Source: Callorhinchus milii
Taxonomy: Eukaryota
Length of the DNA stretch: 64,000 bases
Assembly: GCF_018977255.1 (NCBI RefSeq)
Contig: NW_024704765.1
Span: 4,588,001-4,652,000 of the forward strand
Direction of reading: 5' to 3'
Positions 10,553-21,000 of this stretch are shown in pieces. The translations under genes were made by a program, and so were the position numbers. The notes beneath the pieces were generated by a model. The model searched no databases. It saw nothing but the letters and a program-made list of their open reading frames with translations, and was not told where the DNA came from. Position 1 is the first letter of the stretch, and each line of letters starts with the position of its first letter.

Positions 10553-12602
10553 GGTCTTCTAATCTAACTCCAGCTAATAACCTGACGCTGCCTTATCCCC
10601 ATATCCCTTAATCCCTTTTGCAATAAGAAATCTCTCTATCTCAGTCTTGAATATGTTCAAGGACTGAGCGTCAACAGCCCTTTGGGGTAGTGAGTTCTAT
10701 ACATTCGCCACTGTTTGAGTGAAGAAGTTCTTCCTCAATTCAGTGCGAAAGGACTGGTCTCTGATTTTAAGGTTGTGACCCCTGGTTTTAGTTAAGATGG
10801 AGCAAGGCTGAAGGGATTGTAAACTAAAAGAAACAAATCCAACTTTATGAGAAAATTCAGTCCCTGTTCATCAGCAATGTTTTTTCTCACTTTCTCTTAT
10901 TTTACCCCTCGTGAAAGATACTTACTAAATGCAAGTCATCGTTATTTATGGGTTTGGGAAGCAGGTGAGAATTTCATACACCATAATAAAGACCAAAAAC
11001 TCCTACTCATGTACCACACTTGGGTGTCAGCTTTGCTCAGTAGCTGGAACTCCCGCTTGTGGTTGAAGTCCTATGTCGAGACATAAGCTTACCTGGCCTG
11101 ACTTCCAGTGCAGTACTACAGAACTTGCATTTACACAGTGCTTTTCACATTGGGTAGCGTCTCAGAATGCTTAACTGTGGCAGCAATGACGCTGAGTTGG
11201 GGGAGGTGACCGTAGACACGATCAAAGGTTTTCAGGTGCGATCTGAAAACGGGGAAGGAGAGGGCAAGGCGGAGGGATTGAGGGAGGGTTCCAAAGTTTT
11301 GGGGCGTAGTGGCTGAAAGCACGGCCACCAAAGGTGGGAGTGGAAGGGACAAGGGACAAGCAGGAGGCTAGAACCAGCTGAGGGAAGTGGAGAACACTGC
11401 ACTGTGTGTTCACAACTTCCAGCCAGATTAACAACTCACTGCCGGAAGCTGAGGTTGAATTAGAAGGTTTCAACGTATTTAAGACAACTCAACAATTATA
11501 CCAATATACCAAATATTTATGTGCACAAATTGGCTACGTTTGCCTATAAAAAACAGTCACTACACTTTACAGTGAATCAGGTGAAGCGCTTTGAAGCGTC
11601 CTCCTGCTGTGAAAGGTGGCGCCGTGCTGTGAACATCTGGAATTGAAGATCGATCGAGGATGGTTGGGGGGGTGGGTGGGAGTAATTGATTAAAAAAAGT
11701 CTCTTGCGTTAAACCAAAGCGGGTCAGTTTAATTCAACGAATGGACGAATGCCGAACGGAGACGTTTCACCTGGTGTAAAGTTACAAATAAAAAACACAA
11801 GTCAGACTCCTGCCATCGCTCTGTAATTCTTAAATGAGTTTTTAACAGAAGCCTCGACTCGTGAGGGAACCAAACTCATACAACCGGCACATACACAGCA
11901 TTACCCGTCCACCACCCACTACTCCCAACCCCCCACCCCCTGGCAAAATAAAAGCTCAAAAGCCTTCGTTAACCTCCATATGGTTAAAGAGGGGCAATTC
12001 AAAAGGCCAACCAAAGTGTTAATTGAGCTCCTTAAAGGGTTAACAACAAAAAAGGATATCAGCAATATCAGTTACTTTAAATAAAAAAAGTGGCACCGGA
12101 CGACTCTTTGAGAGGAAACCGGTCGCCCTTTTTACGTGGTGGGGTTTGAGTTTTTTTGAGGCTCAAATTGTGAGACTGAGTGAGTTTTAACACGAACACA
12201 CCATCACTTGTTTTCTCCACATTGTCTAGCATTTGTAGCAACCAAGATTAAAAATAATTACCCCACCTCCCCCCCGTATCAACCCCAACTCCCACACCAC
12301 CCACCCGTACCAACCCCCACCCCCCTTATCCACCCACACATAGAAATAACAGGCAGAAATCCAAAGTTACAGGGTCTCAGAACACAAATCTGCTTAGAAA
12401 CTATCACACAGTCTGGCTCCTTTGAGTATTCCTTTTTGCTTTGTTGTGTTTGATGGGTGTCTGCCCAGTGAGTTCAAGAGCTGCCCCTCGCATGTCCAGT
12501 GTTACTGAGCAGTCGGTAGTGCGCTGAGCGAGAGAGAGAGAGAGAGAGAGAGAGGGGTGGCAGGAGAGTCAAAGGAGGGGAGAGTCACCCCCGACCGAGC
12601 CT

Positions 12603-15600
12603 TTATGTGAAGTAATGTGGCTTCTTCACGTTAATGCCGTACTCTGTGAGAGCAGGGATCAGGTCTTCCATGGTGAGTGTGTACTTTTTGTCCTGGGGAA
12701 ACATTCAGCCAAGAGCGAAAAGTCCATTATATGAAGGATCAGAGTACAGATAGAAACAGCAGCTCACAACAACCACAACAACTTGCATTTATACAGCGCT
12801 TCTCATGCAGGGCAGCATCTCAGAGCGCTTAACGTTTGTAGTTTGATGCCACAAAAAGACATGATGGTTATGTCTGCTGTTCTGGTTACTTTAGGATAAT
12901 TTAGTTTTTTTAAAAAAAACTTAAAATTGATGAACTCCTTGTTAAATAAAATGTTTGTTTGGGGAGAGTGCAGAGTAGTCAGAGCAAACATTCACAAGCT
13001 TAACACATATTTCTGCTGCCCAACCAAGCAGCGCTGTGGATACTATGGCAATCTCTCCCCTTCCCAATCCAGATCAGATAATTCAAAACAGAGCGGGGTT
13101 CGAACTGACAACTTTCTAGTTATGTTGAACCTGGACATACCTTACTCTTGTTCCTGGAGCTTCCTGATGCCGTCCCCTTCATCTTACAGTGCTGCAAGGC
13201 ATCGTTTGCAATATCTGAGATGAACTTTTGTGCAGCCAAAGATATGAGACGAATTCTAGTTAGGAACACACACGGGGAGCAACAGTTACACAACAACAAG
13301 AACAGGAAGGGACATGAAGAGGACTTTAAATTCATTCCTTAAAAGATGACTTGAGTTGAGCTAAAACAAAATGACCCACAGCTCACTCTCAGCATAATGA
13401 TAATCCTAATGATTTTATTCTAAAAGGACATGCCATCTAACAGAGAGACATCAAACCAAGTCTTCTCTGTTCTCGTAAGTGAAGGATCCTGTGACGCTAT
13501 TGGAAAAGGGAGAGTCTACAGGGCAAACGTTTGTAAGCTTAATGCACATTTCCCCCCAAAACTGTGCGCGCGCGCATGTGGGGTGTATGTGTGTGGTTCT
13601 CCAGTGCAAAACTAGCCGCCTGCCTTGTTTTGTGCATCAGGAAGAATAAACTATCGCCGTTTTAATTGACGGAATTTGAAGCAAATTTAATGTTAACTTA
13701 CATGCGCGGGTCAGAAGCCTCGAACCCTGCCCTGTTCAGGTAATAGCCTGTCACAGCATCAGGTATCTGAAAATGAAACACACACACGCCACACAGTGTT
13801 AAAATTCTAAATGGCTGAAACACGCATAAATTTGTACCACTGTCAATACCACTTTCGTCTCAGCTGCATTTTTCAAATTCAGTTTCACGCCCAGCGATCA
13901 GCAATTCCTTTACGCTTAACGGTTAACTGTTATGGGACGTGCGTTGACCCCGTTATAATGCGCTCTGGTGCAGTGTGGGTCTGCGCCTCCCAGTGATGGG
14001 TTGGTATTATTTACACAATTAGGATTTCTCAAATTTATATAGATCTCCCCCAAGTGACACAATCATCCAGTGACATAATGAACATAAGGAATGGTGGCCT
14101 CTGGGGCAGTACTCCTTATTCACTTCCATATATCAACAATAAATTACATTTGTACAGCTCCCTTCACGTCGGAAAGACATCCCAGGGCACTGGACAATCA
14201 AGAGTTTTTTGGACTCGACATTTGAGTTAAGGTCAGGAGGGGTGGCGGCAGGAAGTGGGAGGGTGGCCGAAGGCACGATCGAAGAGGAAGGCCTTTAGAT
14301 GGGACTTGGAAGAGGCAACAGAAAGGGAAAGGTGGAGGGATTGCAGGATAGCATTCTAAGCCACGAGGGGTGTGGTCTCCCCCACCACCCACATTCAGAC
14401 TACAGTAATAGGAGAAAGACTGCTCCATACTTACAACTCACCTCCCTTTAAATCGTTTACAATCGATCGACTGTCTTGTCAAAGTAATTTTGGTGCCAAA
14501 TTTCAGTGTCAAAGTAGTTAACTTAAAAATCACTTTTTTTTATAGAAAAAAATGCAAACAATCTTACTGTTGGTGTGTAATCCTCCAGTTGCATGAGAAA
14601 GTCTGCCAGCGGCGTGGTCGAGATCACGGGTTTGACGTCTCCATTCGCAATCCCTGACGGAATATAGACACCGTTTGACACGGATGCCTCGCTTGCAGAA
14701 GCGGCAGCAACTGAGAGCCACGGAGAGAATCAGGAGGTAAGGGGAGAAGGAAAAATAAAGATAATGAGGATTTTTTTTTAATTCAAAGGCATTTTATTGC
14801 ACATTACCACAAACTTCACAAATAAATAAGTTCAGATCTTAGTTGGAAATAATAATAACCCTTGCATTTGGTATGGAGCCTGATCACGTCTGTGAGACGT
14901 CTCAAAGTGCTTCACAGAAGAAACTGACTGTATTTTGTGGACAAAAATCCTTATAAAACAGGAAAAGTTTAAAAAATAATAAGTGTCTTATGATCAATAC
15001 AGATGATAAAAAAAATCTATCTTTGCAACCATGTCAATGGCCCTCTTCCTCCTCGCTCAAAGACTGATCCCACCATTTGGAAGACATTATATGTGTGCAA
15101 TGGGGCGGGCTCGAATCTGTGACTCTCAGACTCGGACACGAGAGAGAGAGAGAGAGAGAGAAAGGCCGAGACGCTTCACACAGGGAGCGGGCACAAAACT
15201 CGAGCGTTTGGGAGCTGGGTTTGAGGCTATCCGGCGTCTACCTTCCTTCAGAGATTGAGACGGAGACCTCAAAGTATGGACAAATCAGATAAATTTCTGT
15301 TAGAAAATAATCTCTCTGGATACCGTATACAGTTTGGGATACGACACGTCATGCGACTGCCAGGATGGTGAAAGGCGAACTCGATGGACCTCGGGCTTCT
15401 TTCGTCTCTCGCGATCCTTCTGGTCTTAGGTCAAACCTGTGACATGTCAAGTCACTACAGTGTGCTCTTGGGAGTCCTGTGGCTCAGTGGTTAGAGCACT
15501 CACTTTGCAAGTGAGAGACCTGAGTTCAATCCCAGGCAGAGGGCGAAACCTTGGGCAAGTTTCCTTACTCCACACAGAGCCTAATAATAATCCCTCCAAA

Positions 15601-16171
15601 ACAAAACAATAATAAATTGGTCATTGTCAATCTACGACTGTTTGTGGGACATTGCTGTGTGCAATTGGCTGCCGCGTTCGCCCACAAATATACAGTCAAT
15701 TCACTTTACAGTGTGTTCTGTGAAGCGGCTTTGGGACGTCCTCTCCCGACGTGAAAAGCGCTGTGTGTCAAATGCGAGGAATATTATTATTATTATTACA
15801 CTTCGCGGCGGATTCCTGGAAGACGGGAGAATGGCGCCGCATCGGAACGCGAGGATTACGACTGTTATAGCATTGCTATCGTTCGAACAACAACCCCCAC
15901 ACTCGGTGCGATTGACTGCTTGGATTGTTTGGGCCTGGTCCGGCCTGGTCCGGCCCAAACTCCACACATTTTTACCTCACAGTCAAGGCCGACTCCCCCT
16001 CCCTCCCTCCCTCCCTCCCTCACCAGCTGCCGCCGGTCCCCCGCTCCCTGTCGCCGCCGCCGCCGCCGCCGCCGTCGTCGTCGTCGCAGCCGCCACCGCC
16101 GCCGCCGTCACAGTCCCGGCCCCGGTCACAGCCGCCACCGCCGCCCCGACCTGCGAGCTGTCCGCGTTCAT
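12603..16171 (-). CDS. TAF10: Transcription initiation factor TFIID subunit 10; coding exons (minus) 16171-16024, 14710-14568, 13766-13702, 13255-13141, 12692-12603 (186 aa)
   Basis: Spliced protein has an Ala-rich N-terminus, then ...[115 protein letters not shown], the TAF10 histone fold. Exon lengths sum to 561 nt; introns are GT-AG. Confidence 0.97.
15471..15797 (+). mobile_element. Full-length tRNA-headed SINE in TAF10 intron 1
   Basis: tRNA-like head with A/B boxes, Deu-like core TGTGCAATTGGCTGCCGCGTTCGCCCAC, and (TTA)n tail. Confidence 0.9.
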
Positions 16172-16339
16172 GGCGCCGCTGAGCCCGAGCCGCGGCTCTC
16201 CACTCCCTCTTCCCGCCCCTCCACACCACGGCGCGCACGCGCGCGCGCGCTGGCCTGTCCCGTCCCGCGCTCAGCCCGCTCCGCCCCGTCACGCGCCCGC
16301 AGCTTGGTTCCGCTGTGCAAACTGTCCCCCCCACACCAC

Positions 16340-17680
16340 ACCACACACTCATACACACTCACAGCTAGTCTCACACTCAGACATACTCACAATCACACAT
16401 ATACTCACCCCGGCACACTCACATATATATTCACACTCACACACTCACATATATATTCACACTCAGATATATATTCACACTCACACACTCACATATATAT
16501 TCACACTCACATATATATTCACTCACACACTCACATATATATTCACACTCACACACTCACATATATATTCACACTCACACACTCACATATATATTCACAC
16601 TCACACACTCACATATATATTCACACTCACACTCACATATATATTCACACTCACACACTCAGATATATATTCACACACACACACTCAGATATATATTCAC
16701 ACACACTGGCACACTCAGATATATATTCACACTCACACACTCAGATATATATTCACACTCACACACTCAGTTATATATTCACACTCACACCCCGGCACAC
16801 TCAGATATATATTCACACACACTGGCACACTCAGATATATATTCACACTCACACACTCAGATATATATTCACACTCACACCCCGGCACACTCAGATATAT
16901 ATTCACACACACTGGCACACTCAGATATATATTCACACTCACACACTCACATATATATTCACACTCACACACTCACATATATATTCACACTCACACACTC
17001 AGATATATATTCACACTCACACACTCAGATATATATTCACACACACTGGCACACTCACATATATATTCACACTCACACACTCACATATATATTCACACTC
17101 ACACACTCACATATATATTCACACTCACACACTCAGATATATATTCATACTCACACACTCAGATATATATTCGCACTCACACACTCAGTTATATATTCAC
17201 ACTCACACCCCGGCACACTCAGATATATATTCACACACACTGGCACACTCAGATATATATTCACACTCACACACTCAGATATATATTCACACTCACACCC
17301 CGGCACACTCAGATATATATTCACACACACTGGCACACTCAGATATATATTCACACTCACACACTCAGATATATATTCACACTCACACCCCAGCACACTC
17401 AGATATATATTCACACACACTCACACACTCAGATATATATTCACACACACTGGCACACTCAGATATATATTCACACACACTGGCACACTCAGATATATAT
17501 TCACATTGACACACTCAACAATAACAAGAAGAAGTTTACATTCGTATAACGCCTTTTTTGGGGAGGATGTCCCAAGGCACTGGACAGTGTACACTCAGAT
17601 GTATATTCACACTTTACACCCTGACACACTCAGATGTGTATTCACACTTACACACTCACTGATTCACACTGACACTTACA
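16340..17680. repeat. Minisatellite, 26-bp basic unit (CTCACACACTCAGATATATATTCACA) with 90-bp higher-order repeats
   Basis: Directly visible tandem array. The variant marker CCCGGCACAC recurs at 16791/16881 and 17209/17299 (90-bp period). Copies decay at both ends. Confidence 0.95.
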
Positions 17681-17874
17681 AGAAGAATAACTTGCAATGT
17701 TGTAGTGCCCTTTGGCAATACTGAGAGGGTGGGGTGGGTGACTTAAGAAGTGGTGGTGACCCTTTAGGGGCAGGGTCGAGTTTACTGAAAATATATAAGT
17801 AATAAAGAAACAAGTATAATATGTTATATATTTATTTACCCAATGACACTGGGAATCGAAGTGGTCTGTAAACG

Positions 17875-18068
17875 AGGGGCGGGGCTAGCGGATTAGGGGG
17901 CGGAGCTAGTGACGTATAGGAGGCGGGGTTGTGCTTTGGGGGCGCGGGGGGTGAGTGGGTTAGGGGGCGGGGTGAGTGACGTGAGGGGGCGCGGGGCTGG
18001 GCTTTGGGGGCGGGGTGAGTGACGTAAGGGGGCGGGGCCGGGCTTTGGGGGCGGGGCGGAGTGGGGTT
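17875..18068 (+). promoter_or_regulatory. PPIH CpG-island promoter with GC boxes and CRE/ATF-like sites
   Basis: Multiple GGGGCGGGG boxes and TGACGT at 17910, 17977 and 18020, immediately upstream of the PPIH ATG at 18069. Confidence 0.7.
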
Positions 18069-21000
18069 ATGGCGGCCACGGCGACGAACCCGGTCGTCTT
18101 CTTCGACGTCACCATCGGCGGCCAGGTACAGACAGCGGGCCCCGGGAGCAGGGCAGGGACCCCGGGGGGGGGGAGGCGTGAGGAGAGAGCCGGGGCTTGG
18201 GGGCCTAATTCCTGAGGGGAGCCGGGCCTCCTGCGTGGGGGCCGCGCCGCGCTTTGCTGTCTTTTCACACACGTGGGGCCTGTGTCAGGGAGGCGGCAGC
18301 GGTTCTGGAATGTTCCCTCCCTCCTTCCCGCTTCACTGACACGGAGGGGGGGGGGACAAACATGTCTCTTGTGGTGAATGTTGATGTCCTCTCCCCTCTC
18401 CTCTCCCAGGGCGGGTGGGGCAGCTTCTCTCATGGTGATTCCCACTCCTGCACCGACGGGGACGGGGGGGGGGTGGGGGAGGGGTAACAGTAATAACAGT
18501 AATAATAGTAATAATAATAATAATAATCCTTGCATTTGATATAGCGCCTTTTCACGTCTTCTCGATGTCCCAAAGCGCTTCGCGGACTGTGCTGCAAAGT
18601 GAATTGACCGTATATTTGTGGGCGAACGCGGCGGCCGATTCTGCACAGTCCCACCAACAGCCGGTGGATTGAAAGTGACCCGATTTATTATTGTTTTTGT
18701 TTTTTTTGGTGGGATTATTATTAGCGCTGTGTGTGGAGTAAGGAAACTTGCCCAAGGTTTCGCCCTCTGCCGGGAATTGAACCCATCTCGCTTGCAAAGT
18801 GAGCGCTCTAACCACTGAGCTACAGGGCAACGCAGGTAAGCCATACACGGATAAGCCATGACTATTAATAATTATTAATAATGATTAATAATTAGTTGTT
18901 GGGAGTCCTGTAACTTAGCGATGAGACCGCTCGCCACGCAGGCACGAGGACCTGGGTTCGATTCCTGGGCAGGACGAAACGGGGTGGCCAAGTTTCCTTA
19001 CTCCACGTTGCTTTCCTGGGGATAATAATCCTTTCAAAATAATAATAATAATAATTTGGTTACCCAATCCACGGCTGTTTGTGGGACACTGCTGTGCGCA
19101 ATTGGCTGCTGCGATTTGACCACAAAATATACAGTCAATTCACTTTACAGTATATCATGTGAAGCGCTTTGAGACGTCGCGACGACATGATAAGGCGCTA
19201 CTTCAAATGCATGGATTATTATTATTAACATTTGGGGATCACTGGGTTGGTGCCAGGATATCTTGACATTATTGGAATTCAATTTAATTATTTTATTTAA
19301 TTGCACTAAATTGTTACAGACCCACCACTCGTAATTCTACTAACTGTGTTGCGGTTACATTTGCCTCCAAAAGACCCACCTCCTGGACAGTCACTTCACT
19401 TGACATCTAAACTTCATGGATGTTTAATCTCTGAGATCCTCACTCGCATGAAGGGTGCTACGTAATTGCAATTTGCTGTTGATTTTTGATGGGACATTGC
19501 TGTACACAAATTGGCTATCCCAAAATACACAGTCATGACAAATCCTGAGATGCGCTTTACGTTTTGTTGCCGTGATAAGGCTCTGTCAAATGCAACATTA
19601 TTATTTTAAAGCTTCTTGTTATCTTAGGGGAAATCTGTATTTCTAGCATCTCAGTTCACCTACCTCCGCAGCCTATTAACACAATATCAAATGCAAGGAT
19701 TATTATTATACCAACTTGTCTGCTCCTTTCTCGCTGTGGGCACTGGCCTGCTCCATGTCCGTGTCTGCCACTGGCGGTCGGGCCTTCAGCTTTTCTGCCG
19801 TCACCCTTTGGAATTCCATTCCAGAATCCCTCCACCTCGTCTTCTCCCTTAGTTCCTTCAAGGCCCGTTATGGAGTCCTGTAGCTCAGTGGTTAGAGCAC
19901 TCGCTTTGCAAGCGAGACACCTGGGTTCAATTCCAGGCAGAGGGCGAAACCTTGGGCAAGTTTCCTGCCTCCACACAGAGCCTAATAATAACCCCTCCAA
20001 AACAAAACAATAATAAATTGGTCATTTTCAATCCATGACTGTTTATGGGACTCTGCTGTGCACAATTGGCTGCTGTGTTTCGCCCACAAATATACAGTCA
20101 ATTCACTTTACAGCATATTCTGTGAAGCGCTTTGAGACGTCTAGAAGACGTGAAAAGCGCTATATCAAATGCAAGGATTATTATTATTTTCTCAAGACCT
20201 TCCTGTTTGACCGAGCCTTCAGCCACCCTCCCTTACCTTTCAACCTTCTTGATTCCAACACCCAGCTCGGGTACAAACCCTTAAACCCTCCAGCGTGCAG
20301 GATGTTCTTCCAACATGGTAGGCTCTATACAAATACAATTTGTTGTTGTTCCCGAATTGGGTGCAAGTGTGTTATGAACAAACCATTGATAAAGGTATTC
20401 CTACAGCCTACACCCAATGTCCACTGATCTCCCATTGAAAGCCTTCTGTGTATTTGTGTGTTGGGGTGGGGAGTGTATTGCTCTTGTGAAAACTGCAATC
20501 ACAATCTTTATTCATAAATCAACTCAATTAAGTTTATTAACCAACATGGATACAACAAGTTTATTAACCAACATGGATACAACAAGTTATCAGTAATCAC
20601 TGATTCGTTTTCAAAGTTATCAGTAATCACTGATAACTTTGAAAACGAAACCTGGAAGATTTACGCAACAAAAGATACACCCAACAAAAGTATGTGGTGA
20701 AGCAGGTTATGCAAGGAGCAATTTCCTCCTCCTCCCTTTTTCCCCTGGGCAGAATCTTGGTTTAATGCAATATCCAATCCACCCCAAAAACACTGCACTC
20801 TGCACAGCTCAACTATGTGACCCAGAGACGAGAATGCTAGCGACTGAGCCAAGCTGATACCTGAAGAAAAAAGGCTGCCTCAGATTTTAACTGGGTGAAA
20901 AAAAACAAAAAATCTTGAAAATACAACATATTCCCAATTTACATTTATTATTACATGTCACCTTTCCCGTCGGAACGAGGTCTCAGAGTACTTGGATGGC

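Noticed and set aside
15624-17549. 641-aa and 529-aa ORFs on the + strand
   Set aside because: They run through a SINE, the antisense of TAF10 exon 1 and a stop-poor 26-bp minisatellite. The His/Thr/Ile periodicity is just the translated repeat.
16340-17680. CRISPR-like array
   Set aside because: No unique spacers, vertebrate context and no cas genes; it is a tandem minisatellite.
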